This document shows positions 20,157 through 30,358 of a DNA stretch of 64,000 nt, one piece after another. The stretch lies in the sequence record NC_042013.1; one strand, 5' to 3'. Within the stretch, counting starts at the first letter, position 1. Each line of letters starts with the position of its first letter. The notes under the pieces are model-generated. The model was not told where the DNA came from and did not search any database. It worked only from the letters and a program-made list of their open reading frames with translations. The position numbers were made by a program, and so were the translations under genes.

Positions 20157-22391
20157 TTATTGTGGCGTAATAAAAGTTGCACCGTCAACAGTAAACCAAG
20201 GATCGGTCGGGTTTGGTCCTGAAGCAATCAACATTCGTGGTGTTGTAATATCTATAATAATTTTACCAACAGCCTTATATTGTGTATTTATTGAATCGGT
20301 TGCATCTTCAATTTCATCAAGTTCAAATGCAGCCGTATACAAACCACCGGATGGATCAACAACGGTTCTACCACCAACGGTAAGCTGAATAGCTGGTTGA
20401 ATAGTTGTAACTCGCCCGTATTGATCAACTGTAATGTCTACCGCATTATAAGTACCCGGTGCAACTCCAAGAGTTTCCATGCCGATATTAAATACGCCTG
20501 TATCGGTTATAGGGCCACCAGTGACGACGATTCCGTTTCCTCCTAATGCCCCTACATAATTAACAGTACCGCTACCAGTGCCGCCTCCAGAGGTTGGATT
20601 CGCCCACGTTACGACTCCACCTGATATAGAAAGGACTTGTCCCTCTGTACCCATCGGCAAACGTGCTAAACCGTTTACTTGACGAACAATCATGTCACCG
20701 ATATTAGTTGTTGGATCAACCAGACCGGGATTACCAGATGATGCATTTGTAACACGTCCATACTGATCAACAGTAATCGTAGCACTGTTATAAGTACCTG
20801 CGGTTACTCCTGAATTTGCCAATGATATTGTTCTATCAGCAGAAAGATCACCGCCGCCAGTCAGACCGAAACCGGTATTGATCGCTCTTGATTGGCTAAT
20901 GGTAAGATTTTCACTAATACCAGTGATACGCCCATATGCATCTACAGATATAGTCGGGGTTCTAAATGTTCCAGAAGGTGTACCAGTTGTTCTAAGACCA
21001 ATGGTAATATCACCGCTACTTGTGATAGGGCTTCCAGCCACTTGAAGGCCGGGGCCTGCGATAATACCTACGGACGTCACCGACTGGTTAGTTGCTGGAA
21101 CCTGCCACGTTGGAACTCCATTTAAAATCGTCAATACTGAATTTGTCTGACCTGCTGGTAATCTAACAGTTGCATTCATAGAATTTCTATAAAGCATATC
21201 ACCAATAGATGTCATTGGATCAACGTAATGGCTTGCTTGACCGTTAGCAATATTAGTAATACGACCAAATCTATCTACAGTTACATTACTTAATGAATAT
21301 GAACCGGGTACAACACCAGTATCATTAAGACTAAAATCAACTGTTTTAGTTGTATCATTTGGCTGTAATAAAATTCCACCATCAGATGTTAAATTTAAAA
21401 TAGTAGTTGCAGTATTTGCAGAAATAGTAGTATTACCGATTTTAACTCCGGTAAACGTATTTTGAATATAAGATGACGGGTCTGGAATAGATACAGGTAA
21501 CCATCCAGTTCCATTGAAACCAAGAACTTGACCGTTAGTTGCTGTACCACTAACATTTGTTAGGGTTTCCAATGTAGTTGGTATAGTTGGTTTATTAATT
21601 AGAGATGTATATGAACCAGTTGTTGCTACGGGGTGTAATCCCGTTACTCTACTTGCAGTAATAGTACCTGAAACATTCGCTAAATTAATAGCACTTTCAT
21701 TTACAGTAAGAACTATATTGGTTCCAGACGAGTTTAGAGTAGTGCTGATAATAGAGTTACCGGATGCTATATTGCGAAAGTTTAACGTATTTCCGGTTTT
21801 ATCATTGAATACACCAACACCAACAGTTCCAACGTTCGCACCACCGGTAATATCTCCTATTGATGGAGGAGTTGTCAAACCAATGGTAATAGTTGAAGGG
21901 TTTTGTGTTAAAGTAAGACCTTGACCAGCAACAATATTACGAAATCTCATAATACTATTACTGTCGATTCCTTTGAATACAAGACCACCTGAATTTACTT
22001 CATTCAATCCACCTTGTACCAATACGATTGTTTCATCTGTTGGCTTCAAACTCAAACGAATTGATGACGGTGTTTCTTCTATCACAAGACCGTCACCAAT
22101 AGAGATTGACTTCAATTTAAAGTCATAAAAGCCTGTTGATCTATCTAAACCAGCAAAGATTCCCTTATCATTAGGACCAGAAATCATGTTGTCAAAACGA
22201 ATCAAATTTAGATATTCGGATGAAACGGTTGGTTCTGCAATAGACGGGTATGATGTCGTTTGCAACGTCGCAGTATTTGGAATAACAATATCTTGTGACG
22301 AAGACGGTTTTAAATAAACATCGCCAGTACCGGGTGTTATCCTGATAGTGGAAACGTCACCTTGCCCTGTTATGTTTTTTCGATTTACCAT
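20157..22391 (-). CDS. Repetitive tail fibre/structural protein
   Basis: Gly/Thr-rich; four GxYxxxxITVDxYGRIT-type units and two DPxTxxGDM...RLP..GQVL..W units. Confidence 0.75.
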   Translation of the reverse strand: MVNRKNITGQGDVSTIRITPGTGDVYLKPSSSQDIVIPNTATLQTTSYPSIAEPTVSSEYLNLIRFDNMISGPNDKGIFAGLDRSTGFYDFKLKSISIGDGLVIEETPSSIRLSLKPTDETIVLVQGGLNEVNSGGLVFKGIDSNSIMRFRNIVAGQGLTLTQNPSTITIGLTTPPSIGDITGGANVGTVGVGVFNDKTGNTLNFRNIASGNSIISTTLNSSGTNIVLTVNESAINLANVSGTITASRVTGLHPVATTGSYTSLINKPTIPTTLETLTNVSGTATNGQVLGFNGTGWLPVSIPDPSSYIQNTFTGVKIGNTTISANTATTILNLTSDGGILLQPNDTTKTVDFSLNDTGVVPGSYSLSNVTVDRFGRITNIANGQASHYVDPMTSIGDMLYRNSMNATVRLPAGQTNSVLTILNGVPTWQVPATNQSVTSVGIIAGPGLQVAGSPITSSGDITIGLRTTGTPSGTFRTPTISVDAYGRITGISENLTISQSRAINTGFGLTGGGDLSADRTISLANSGVTAGTYNSATITVDQYGRVTNASSGNPGLVDPTTNIGDMIVRQVNGLARLPMGTEGQVLSISGGVVTWANPTSGGGTGSGTVNYVGALGGNGIVVTGGPITDTGVFNIGMETLGVAPGTYNAVDITVDQYGRVTTIQPAIQLTVGGRTVVDPSGGLYTAAFELDEIEDATDSINTQYKAVGKIIIDITTPRMLIASGPNPTDPWFTVDGATFITPQ

Positions 22392-22392
22392 A

Positions 22393-23160
22393 TTATCTGT
22401 CGCCTACCAATTTAATATACTGATCTTTTGCGTCCTTGAAAGTTTTAACAACGTGACGTTGGCGATTATCAAAATTTCCATCTGGTGCCATTTCGAATGG
22501 TGGCTTAACTTCTTTAGACGTATCAATAGTGCTACCAGAAACAGTCTTTGTTCCGCCAAATTCGTCTACAAATTCGGTTGCTCTATCTGCCTTAAGGGTA
22601 TTCAGCCAAGCAAAAACAGTTGCTTTATTATTTGGGTCTTCTGCTTTTTTAGCTTGCTGATATGCAAGGTATTGTAAAAGAAGCTGATTATATTCGTTAC
22701 CAAATGCTTGCGGAATTTCACCAATGGTTTTAGCTTCAAAGCCGCTAAGAACTTCCTCGAGTTCATCTTCCACTGCTTTAACATCAATGTCAAAAGTTTC
22801 TTCTTGAAACTTCTCTCTCACTTCAAACGGGTCATTTTCAGAATGAACTTTGACATATTTTTCAAGCATTCCAAGATGCTGGCATAAATCTGCTTGGATT
22901 ACGCTCCCAAGTGCAGGACGTGATGTTGTAATTACAATCGTATATACGCAAGATGGAGGTACGTCCGAAAAGCCAATAGGATGACGTTGTAGAATGCTTC
23001 GTGTTGGCATCCCAATGCTTTCAACGTCATATTTTACAAACACCTTTTCAAGACCATCCATAATCTCCTCGTCAATCTCTTGCAAGAATTTGACGTGATA
23101 GGTGTAACATTTTTTAGATTCTGTTAAGTAATCTTGAAGAGTTTTCATCGTATTCCTCAA
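22393..23160 (-). CDS. Hypothetical late protein
   Basis: GATAAATA motif and GAGG SD upstream; start probably 23151. Confidence 0.7.
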   Translation of the reverse strand: MRNTMKTLQDYLTESKKCYTYHVKFLQEIDEEIMDGLEKVFVKYDVESIGMPTRSILQRHPIGFSDVPPSCVYTIVITTSRPALGSVIQADLCQHLGMLEKYVKVHSENDPFEVREKFQEETFDIDVKAVEDELEEVLSGFEAKTIGEIPQAFGNEYNQLLLQYLAYQQAKKAEDPNNKATVFAWLNTLKADRATEFVDEFGGTKTVSGSTIDTSKEVKPPFEMAPDGNFDNRQRHVVKTFKDAKDQYIKLVGDR

Positions 23161-23192
23161 TATAAATAGGCGGTTTAATGTATTTATCTCGT

Positions 23193-23411
23193 TTAGAAAT
23201 CTCTTACCAAATCATTGTAGCCACCAACATGTCTATTATTATAAAAAATCTGTGGTACGGTTGTTTCATTCGGTAAAACACGTTGAATTGTTTCGAAATG
23301 TTCTTTAATTTTAACATTTCTTAGTTCTACTTTTTCTTTTAAATGATTTTGAATATACTCGATTGCTTTTTGACAAAAAACACATCCATCCATTGTATAC
23401 ATAATAAACAT
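23193..23411 (-). CDS. Glutaredoxin
   Basis: CVFC active site, TVPQIF, VGGYNDL. Confidence 0.88.
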   Translation of the reverse strand: MFIMYTMDGCVFCQKAIEYIQNHLKEKVELRNVKIKEHFETIQRVLPNETTVPQIFYNNRHVGGYNDLVRDF

Positions 23412-23499
23412 TTTAATTTCCTCGTTACCATCTATATATCAGTTTGATATTGACATTAATGTGTGATAAAATATTGTATTCTATTTAAAGGGTTTTGTT

Positions 23500-23679
23500 A
23501 TGAATGATGAACAACGTGAAAAATTAAAAGAATTCATTAAAAAGCATACCGAAGAGATATGTAAAACACCGGAAAGTGCTCTTGCATATTTGGTAAAATT
23601 AGGTACGCATACTCCTGAAGGAAATCTCACACCAGAGTATGGTGGTCCACCAAGAACAACGGATGAAAAGAATGAATAA
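23500..23679 (+). CDS. Small hypothetical protein (59 aa, below ORF track cutoff)
   Basis: Hand translation MNDEQREKLKEFIKKH...DEKNE; AAGGG SD. Confidence 0.55.
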   Translation: MNDEQREKLKEFIKKHTEEICKTPESALAYLVKLGTHTPEGNLTPEYGGPPRTTDEKNE

Positions 23680-23866
23680 TGAGGAATTGAAACGCATTAA
23701 TGATGATAAAGTACATCACTCCTACACGGTGATTGCAAACATCATTCGTCAAGAAAACTATCGGCTTTATTCCGCACGTGCAGACGGACGTTGGAATGAC
23801 GCATTCCCATCACCAATCCACAAAGATTTAACAACTGCATTTCTTCAATATACCGGTGCACTTTAA
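23672..23866 (+). CDS. Small hypothetical protein
   Basis: Overlaps upstream stop; start MNNEEL. Confidence 0.55.
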   Translation: MNNEELKRINDDKVHHSYTVIANIIRQENYRLYSARADGRWNDAFPSPIHKDLTTAFLQYTGAL

Positions 23867-23879
23867 TACAAAAAATCAG

Positions 23880-23933
23880 TTGACATTATTTTTGCGTAGT
23901 GTATAACTTAATCATCGAAACGAATTAAGGAGA
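23880..23933 (+). promoter_or_regulatory. Early promoter with leader box
   Basis: TTGACA-N16-TATAAC, ATCGAAACGA, AAGGAG. Confidence 0.85.
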
Positions 23934-23940
23934 CTTTCCA

Positions 23941-24336
23941 ATGAATACTTTTGACAACGTTGCAGTAGCCGAACAGTTCGTTGGTAAGCCCCTTGGTCAA
24001 CTGATTGCAAAAGAAGAACGGAAATCCAAAACCATTTGGGTTTACGAGGGTTCTATCATTCGTTCCGAAGTTTCTAAGGCTGGCAAGGTTAAGAACTTTT
24101 TCTGGACTTGCGACGGTGGTCAGGAACTGTTCGTTCTCAAGAACAAGATGAAGACGGTAGATGGTTACAAAACCACCGTTCGGATGCAGTATGCCGAAAC
24201 CTATATGGTTGAAGTTGCTAAGGTATACAAGGGTTTCAAAAGCATCAAGGATGATAACGAACGGGGTATTCAACGTGATCGTTCCAAGGCAAATGCAATG
24301 CTTGCAAATCTTGGTGCAGCTTATCGCCTTGGTTGA
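23941..24336 (+). CDS. Early hypothetical protein
   Basis: Follows early promoter/SD. Confidence 0.8.
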   Translation: MNTFDNVAVAEQFVGKPLGQLIAKEERKSKTIWVYEGSIIRSEVSKAGKVKNFFWTCDGGQELFVLKNKMKTVDGYKTTVRMQYAETYMVEVAKVYKGFKSIKDDNERGIQRDRSKANAMLANLGAAYRLG

Positions 24337-24349
24337 TAAAAATAATCAG

Positions 24350-24403
24350 TTGACATTATTTTTGAATAATGTATAACTGAACCATCGAAACGAATGAAGG
24401 AGA
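24350..24403 (+). promoter_or_regulatory. Early promoter with leader box
   Basis: TTGACA-N16-TATAAC, ATCGAAACGA, AAGGAG. Confidence 0.85.
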
Positions 24404-24409
24404 TTTGAT

Positions 24410-24649
24410 ATGTTTGCACTTCGTAACATCCATACACAAGAATTAATCCGTTTCGATACTGATGTTGATGGATATTATTATGTTGGTTACTCCAATATGG
24501 ATGATGGTTTTTGGGTGGTTAATGACATTGCAATAGCAACAGCATTTATTACCAAAGACAACGAACCCGACATCGGTTCTTGGCTTAATCCATTTGATCG
24601 TAACCGGTTCATTGATGAACTTGAAGTAGTTGAATTGACAGTTAAGTAA
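24410..24649 (+). CDS. Early hypothetical protein
   Basis: Follows early promoter/SD. Confidence 0.75.
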   Translation: MFALRNIHTQELIRFDTDVDGYYYVGYSNMDDGFWVVNDIAIATAFITKDNEPDIGSWLNPFDRNRFIDELEVVELTVK

Positions 24650-24661
24650 AGGAGTTTTAAA

Positions 24662-24973
24662 ATGACAATTATTAAAGATGTTTGGGTTGTTCGTGAAAAA
24701 TACACCTCTGAGAACGGTAGCCCTGTCATTGGTGTTTATGATAACCACGATGCGGCAGTCAACAGGCGCAACATGGTTGCACTTAGTACAATTGAAAAAG
24801 AAAAAGGTGTTGTTGACGGTAAAAACATCCATATCATTTCTTTTACAACAACTTTCAATCAGGCAGAAGAGTCCACATTCGAGAAGCTGAGTCGCCTTTT
24901 TAAGAAACCTGCGGTTGATCTTACAACAGACGAATTGCAGTTTATTATTGATAACAAGGATGACTACGTTTAA
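24662..24973 (+). CDS. Early hypothetical protein
   Basis: AAGGAG SD. Confidence 0.75.
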   Translation: MTIIKDVWVVREKYTSENGSPVIGVYDNHDAAVNRRNMVALSTIEKEKGVVDGKNIHIISFTTTFNQAEESTFEKLSRLFKKPAVDLTTDELQFIIDNKDDYV

Positions 24974-24999
24974 CGCTAAATCAATTGTATGAAATATTA

Positions 25000-25020
25000 A
25001 AGGGCGCTTTAAGCGCCCTT
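25000..25020. terminator. Bidirectional terminator
   Basis: AAGGGCGCT-tta-AGCGCCCTT. Confidence 0.85.
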
Positions 25021-25239
25021 TTCTACGAAGGGAGATACCCATATATTTACACAAGTCTGTTTATATGTATTTTCGGTATTAACCAAACTATAACTAATCT
25101 TGTCAACGGTGTAACTTTCAACCATACTGGTGTTGGTATTTGTTACTTCTATAACTTCACCTTTACGAGGTATAGTTTCCATTTCAATACCATACCTCGG
25201 TTGATGATTCTTTATTCCACTTATCATAACAAGTGTCAT
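25009..25239 (-). CDS. Small hypothetical protein
   Basis: GAGG SD before MTLVMISG. Confidence 0.6.
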   Translation of the reverse strand: MTLVMISGIKNHQPRYGIEMETIPRKGEVIEVTNTNTSMVESYTVDKISYSLVNTENTYKQTCVNIWVSPFVEKGA

Positions 25240-25264
25240 TTTATTTCCTCTATTGTTGTTTATT

Positions 25265-25501
25265 TCATTTAAGATACTTAACCAAATCATCGTAGCCGCC
25301 GATATGCACGTCGCCGTGCCAGATTTGAGGCACTGTTCGTGCCTCGTATCCAAGTTTAGTATTCATTTCTGCCTTCTTTTCAAAAAGCGTGTCGGTAGGT
25401 TCGTCAATACGAATATCTACAAAATCTTCACCAAGAAGATCAAGAGTATCTTTTGCACGAACGCAATAACCACAACCGGACTTTGAATATACTGTGTACA
25501 T
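25265..25501 (-). CDS. Glutaredoxin (RNR-associated)
   Basis: CGYC, RTVPQIW, IGGYDDL; directly after nrdA. Confidence 0.9.
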   Translation of the reverse strand: MYTVYSKSGCGYCVRAKDTLDLLGEDFVDIRIDEPTDTLFEKKAEMNTKLGYEARTVPQIWHGDVHIGGYDDLVKYLK

Positions 25502-25513
25502 TTTTTATTCTCC

Positions 25514-27166
25514 TTAAGCTTCGCAAGATACGCAAGCGACAAGCTTACGATTCAATTCTGCGGTTGGCGATGTTGAACGCTGATAATAAAGACCCTTAAG
25601 TCCAAGCTCTTCAGCAGCGATGATCAACTTGTTAATATCCTTGATAGGGGTATCAGGATGGATCATAAGATTAAGTGACTGACCCTGATCGATGAACTTC
25701 TGGCGATCTGCTGCCTGAGTAATGACCTCAAACTGTGAAATTTCACCGAATGTTCTAAAGACCGCCTTTTCGTGTTCGGACAAGAATTCAAGATGCTGAA
25801 CTGAACCGGCCTTATTAAGAATTGATTTCCAAACGGTTTCATTATCCTTGCCCTTTTCGCCAAGAAGCTTCTTGAGGTATGGGTTGCGATACGTGAATTT
25901 ACCCTTAGCCAGAGACTTTGTATAATAGTTACTGTTTTCAGGTTCGATAGATGGAGATACCTGACCAAGAATAGCACTTGAAGACGTTGTTGGTGCAACT
26001 GCCATAGTAGTAACGTTACGCATTCCATAACCCTTAAGGAGTTCTGGTTCACCGTATTCAACAGCAAGCTTGCGTGAAGCTGCGTGTGTCTTTTCTTGAA
26101 TTGTCTTAAACATTTCAATATTAATGCGCTTAGCTTCAGCGGATTCGAAAGGTATCATCTTTGACTGGAGATAAGAATGCCAACCAAGAACACCGATACC
26201 AAGGGCGCGCTGCTCGGTTGCAAACTTGAGTGCTGCTTTCATAAATCGATTGTGACGAATCTTTTCGATGTATTCTGACATAACCGCGTCAAGGAAGTAT
26301 GTTACTACTTCTGGAAGATCGGTATCCTTCCACTCATCCCAATGCAATGCGTTCAAGGAAAGAAGGTTACAAACGAATGAGGTTTCTGCATCAGAATGAA
26401 GATAGATTTCATTGCAAAGATTGCTTGAAACGATTTCCATTCCCTTGTCTTTATAAACCTGTGGCTTGTTATCATTTACGTTGTCCTTAAAGAACAAGTA
26501 TGGATAACCCGTTTCAGAACGCTTACGAAGAATACGAAGCCAAATCTTACGCTTCTTTTTGTCGCCTTCCTTCATTTCTGCAAACCATTGACGTGAAATA
26601 CAAACACCGAGACTAAGGTGTTGAATATGATTACCTTCTTCACGACATTCAAGGAATTCCTCGATATCTGGATGCTCAACGTCAAGATATACAGCGCAAG
26701 AGCCACGGCGAACATTAGACTGGCTAATAATGTCGGTAACTTCTTGGATCATACCCATAAAGTGAACTGGACCATTAGATGTGCCACCAGCAGAGATTTC
26801 TGCCCCACGAGGACGAAGATGGCTCATATAAAGTGACGTACCAGCACCCATCTTTGTCATCATTGCGATTTCGGATGTCTTATCCAAAATAGATTCAATA
26901 TCATCTGACATAACGGAGTTGTTGCACGAAATAGGAAGGCCGCGTTCGTTTCCGAAATTTGACCAAATGGGGGATGAAAGGGATAACCAACCTTTTAAAA
27001 TATAATCTTCGATCTTGTCGGCAAAGCCGGGTTTATTCAAATACTTTTCTGCTGCTTCAGCAATTACGCGAATACGCATTTCTGCTGTTTCGCCTTCTTT
27101 AAGATATCCACGAGATAGGAATAATCTCGAGTCTTCATTAAGCCAGTACGTCATTATTTTCCTCAT
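25514..27166 (-). CDS. nrdA: Class I ribonucleotide reductase alpha subunit (short, no ATP-cone)
   Basis: LPISC, RRGSCAVYL, SSNLCNEI, VAPTTSSS, KGLYY, C-terminal CVSCEA. Confidence 0.95.
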   Translation of the reverse strand: MRKIMTYWLNEDSRLFLSRGYLKEGETAEMRIRVIAEAAEKYLNKPGFADKIEDYILKGWLSLSSPIWSNFGNERGLPISCNNSVMSDDIESILDKTSEIAMMTKMGAGTSLYMSHLRPRGAEISAGGTSNGPVHFMGMIQEVTDIISQSNVRRGSCAVYLDVEHPDIEEFLECREEGNHIQHLSLGVCISRQWFAEMKEGDKKKRKIWLRILRKRSETGYPYLFFKDNVNDNKPQVYKDKGMEIVSSNLCNEIYLHSDAETSFVCNLLSLNALHWDEWKDTDLPEVVTYFLDAVMSEYIEKIRHNRFMKAALKFATEQRALGIGVLGWHSYLQSKMIPFESAEAKRINIEMFKTIQEKTHAASRKLAVEYGEPELLKGYGMRNVTTMAVAPTTSSSAILGQVSPSIEPENSNYYTKSLAKGKFTYRNPYLKKLLGEKGKDNETVWKSILNKAGSVQHLEFLSEHEKAVFRTFGEISQFEVITQAADRQKFIDQGQSLNLMIHPDTPIKDINKLIIAAEELGLKGLYYQRSTSPTAELNRKLVACVSCEA

Positions 27167-27241
27167 ACATTTTATTAAATTTTTAATATCTGGATTATAG
27201 ACGGTATGTGAACCATACCGCCATATTTTTATTCATTAATT

Positions 27242-28240
27242 TTAAGCAAAAATATCGTCTTCGTCATCGAAGCCGAGTTCGTCCTCAGAAAAGCCTTTGC
27301 TATTCTTAGTATATTCAACAGGCTTCTGATTGAAGAAGTCTGTCATAAGATTACCGGTTGTTTCCTCATCGAACCAACGTGTTTTTACGAGTGCATCCTC
27401 GTCAATATCAAATGGTGTCCCAAAACCAATTTCGGTAAGGGATTCATTCATGCGGTTTTTGATAAACTCGCAAAGAATATTTGCATTAAGACCTACGCCA
27501 TTATAATCACCCAAAATCCAGTGAATGATCTTTGCCTCGGACTTGTATGCGTCCTGAATTTCTTTCTTAACTTTAGCTTCAAGTTCTGCATCAAATAGCT
27601 CTGGATATTCTTGACGAAGTGTGTTGATAAGTGTAATACCAACCTTTGCGTGAAGTGCTTCTTCACGAAGAGTGTAATCGGTCTGCTGTGCGGTATCCTT
27701 AAGGACGTTCTTATTACGGTTCAACCAACGGATGATATAAAACTGACTGAAAAGAGAAACATTTTCAACAAACAGCGTGAAAAGAATAAGTGAATAAACG
27801 TACTGCGCTTTCTTATCAGCATAAACTTTCTTGTTATGTTTGCGAAGGTATTCGACACGGCCTTTAAGCTCAGGAACCTTAAGGTTCTTTTCGAATGCAT
27901 CTTCCATACCAAGAACGTCAAGAAGTTTAATATATGCGCGGTTGTGAATGATTTCAGAATGGCCCATAACGCCACCGAGGTCTGCAATAGATGGATGTGG
28001 AAGATTAAGGCCGAGATTTGACCAGAACGTTTTAACCGCAATTTCAACCTGACCAACGGTTGATAGTGTCTTAGTTACAATTTCGCGTTCTTCATCAGTC
28101 AAATTAACCTTGAAATCGTGAACGTCACTCTTGAAATTAAATTCGTTTGGCGTCCAAAAAGAATTCCAGAACGCATCAATAAATGTATTAGTCCAAGGAT
28201 AAAGGTCAGGTTTACGGGAAATTTGTTCTTCGAAAAGCAT
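27242..28240 (-). CDS. nrdB: Class Ia ribonucleotide reductase beta subunit
   Basis: SEIIHNRAY (ExxH plus radical Tyr), VENVSLFSQF, REEALH, DFF. Confidence 0.95.
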   Translation of the reverse strand: MLFEEQISRKPDLYPWTNTFIDAFWNSFWTPNEFNFKSDVHDFKVNLTDEEREIVTKTLSTVGQVEIAVKTFWSNLGLNLPHPSIADLGGVMGHSEIIHNRAYIKLLDVLGMEDAFEKNLKVPELKGRVEYLRKHNKKVYADKKAQYVYSLILFTLFVENVSLFSQFYIIRWLNRNKNVLKDTAQQTDYTLREEALHAKVGITLINTLRQEYPELFDAELEAKVKKEIQDAYKSEAKIIHWILGDYNGVGLNANILCEFIKNRMNESLTEIGFGTPFDIDEDALVKTRWFDEETTGNLMTDFFNQKPVEYTKNSKGFSEDELGFDDEDDIFA

Positions 28241-28435
28241 GGTTGTTCTCTTACATAGGTTGCTAAATGATCGGGGTAAGGGTATTTATACTTCCACAAA
28301 CCGCCTTAATGAACAGATAGTACCATTAACCCCGGCTTTAATTCAAAATTTAATTGCGATTTTTTATAAATAATTTTATGAAGTGTTCACGGCGACGTAA
28401 TATAAATTCGCCTTTAAAAACAACGAGATATTATT

Positions 28436-28882
28436 ATGACAAAGCGTATTGAGGAAGTTTTAAACCTTATGCCTATTCCAGAGGTAGAGGTTGTAGAGGA
28501 AGATGACGATAGTGTTTTCACTACGTCTCCCGGTAACGACGCTTTTGATCTATTAACCCACGATAAAGAAATGGACGATCTTTATGATGTTGCGATGAGC
28601 GCCCATAAAGATATGCTTGAATTAAGTTTCAGTATGGAGCCAAAAAACGCCGGTCAGGTTCTTGAACCTGCGGCTAAAATGCTCGAGATTGCGTTAAAAG
28701 CAAGTCAGTCTAAAGTGGATTCACGTATCAAGGTCGCAAAGTCAATAATGGAGCGTGACAAGGTAAATTACGACACAAAGAAAAACGTTGATAGCGGTCT
28801 GATCGATGGGGAAACTCCAAATATTAATGGTTATGTTGCATCACGTAACGAGGTTCTAAAAAGATTGCGTCAAGCAGACTAA
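28436..28882 (+). CDS. Putative terminase small subunit
   Basis: Helical 148-aa protein with C-terminal YVASRNEVLKRL reminiscent of gp16-like tails; convergent with gp4. Confidence 0.45.
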   Translation: MTKRIEEVLNLMPIPEVEVVEEDDDSVFTTSPGNDAFDLLTHDKEMDDLYDVAMSAHKDMLELSFSMEPKNAGQVLEPAAKMLEIALKASQSKVDSRIKVAKSIMERDKVNYDTKKNVDSGLIDGETPNINGYVASRNEVLKRLRQAD

Positions 28883-29361
28883 CGCTTTCTAGGTTTACGT
28901 GCTGCTTTAGGTTTTTTAGGTTTACCATTATTTTTCGCGGTTGTATATAAATCATGTTCAGTCATGATACGAAATTTCATACCGCGTTGTTTGCAAAACA
29001 CACGTGCTGCTGCCCATTTCGCCTCATTTATCAGAACAGCCTCTTTATCGGCGCGTGATCTTGCCGCCTCTGATACAGCCTGTGAATTCGGTTTGATTTC
29101 GACAAGCTCACAGTGTTTTTTACCATTAGCGTCCATATACATAACCAAGAAATCTGGAATATATTTGTGCCATAATCCGGTGAATGGATTTTGATATGGA
29201 ATAGTTAATATCTCATATGCCCATTCGATGATTGACGGATGCTTATCACATACTTGACAAAAAGTAAGCTCCCACGCACTTCTATATTTTGGATTTGATG
29301 TCCCTTTATATTTCGATGGATTGGTAGGAACAAACACACCTGAATTAAATCGTTTTGCCAT
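28879..29361 (-). CDS. gp4: gp4-like head completion nuclease
   Basis: KYRSAWE, IIEWAYE, KYIPDF, LVEIKP, KWAAA. Confidence 0.85.
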   Translation of the reverse strand: MAKRFNSGVFVPTNPSKYKGTSNPKYRSAWELTFCQVCDKHPSIIEWAYEILTIPYQNPFTGLWHKYIPDFLVMYMDANGKKHCELVEIKPNSQAVSEAARSRADKEAVLINEAKWAAARVFCKQRGMKFRIMTEHDLYTTAKNNGKPKKPKAARKPRKR

Positions 29362-30347
29362 TAAGTAAGACCATCTACTAATCGATTTGCAATGTTTTCT
29401 TCATTTGATGCACCATTCGCATCAAATACCTGATTGCTACCGTTTGCACCAAGCAATCCATTTAACACGCTGTTGAATGAATTATTTAGTCCTGACAATC
29501 CGTCGCTTCTATTATTATCAGTGCTTGGTGATGCGGCGGCATTACCGCCATTAAACACGCTTGCAATATCAAAACCAACAGGTGCGGCATTTGCAGCCGT
29601 GTATGGTGATGAGGATGATGCAGGATATGGGCTTGACGTTTCCGGCTCATAATATCCAGCGCGATCAAGGCCCATCTCAGCTACCAAATCTGCTGGTAGT
29701 GCCTTATTATTCGCCACATAAATAAAACCTTCGTGTGCAAATTTTGTTGTAATATTTAGAGTTCCGTTGCCCTCGTCATATGACAACTCATCTAAATCCA
29801 TAGATGTTATTTTTGGATGGATAATATTAATTTGCGTGTATGTCTTGCCATATATGTAATATAATTCTATGTGTGAGAAATAATAGGAATAGTCAGGGTC
29901 TACCTGAGGAGGGATAAATCCCCAATTTCCCGCTTGTTTCATAGTATCGGACATGATATCCCAAGACCAATCAGCTACTTGATCGTGTCGAGGTTCACCA
30001 TAATAAAAACGATAATAATCATAGAACATATTAAACGCACGTTGGTCGACGGTATCGTGAAACGTTACCGAAATCTCATCGAATTCCTGCTTCTTTTGAA
30101 CAACACGTTTTTTATTGTATTGATTTAAAGTTTCAGTTTCGAAAGTAATAGATGGGCGCTTAACAGTATGTGCAAGTACACCAACTCCTTTAGTCCAATC
30201 GATTCCGCTGTCTGTATTACCAGAACCACCAGATTTCATAAAACGAACATAATAAAGGAATTTTGGTTTAGGTACTCCGTCCCAATTTGTTGAATTGAGA
30301 CGGAATGTATTTGCGGCTGTTCTGCTATCTTTTAGCATCAATGCCAC
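29361..30347 (-). CDS. gp19-fold baseplate/tail tube initiator (gp48/gp54-like)
   Basis: VKRPSITFETETLNQYNKKRVVQ, ISVTFHD, ITSMDLDELSY; follows tail tube gene. Confidence 0.65.
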   Translation of the reverse strand: MALMLKDSRTAANTFRLNSTNWDGVPKPKFLYYVRFMKSGGSGNTDSGIDWTKGVGVLAHTVKRPSITFETETLNQYNKKRVVQKKQEFDEISVTFHDTVDQRAFNMFYDYYRFYYGEPRHDQVADWSWDIMSDTMKQAGNWGFIPPQVDPDYSYYFSHIELYYIYGKTYTQINIIHPKITSMDLDELSYDEGNGTLNITTKFAHEGFIYVANNKALPADLVAEMGLDRAGYYEPETSSPYPASSSSPYTAANAAPVGFDIASVFNGGNAAASPSTDNNRSDGLSGLNNSFNSVLNGLLGANGSNQVFDANGASNEENIANRLVDGLT

Positions 30348-30358
30348 GGCTATAATCC

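Noticed and set aside
24445-24460. Antisense ATCGAAACG 9-mer inside ORF 24410
   Set aside because: Coding context with no promoter or hairpin; treated as background, and it shows that short matches can arise by chance.
25514-28240. Introns or inteins in nrdA/nrdB (common phage insertion sites)
   Set aside because: Both ORFs are continuous and of normal or short length; no HN-C/S/T junctions or group I cores seen.
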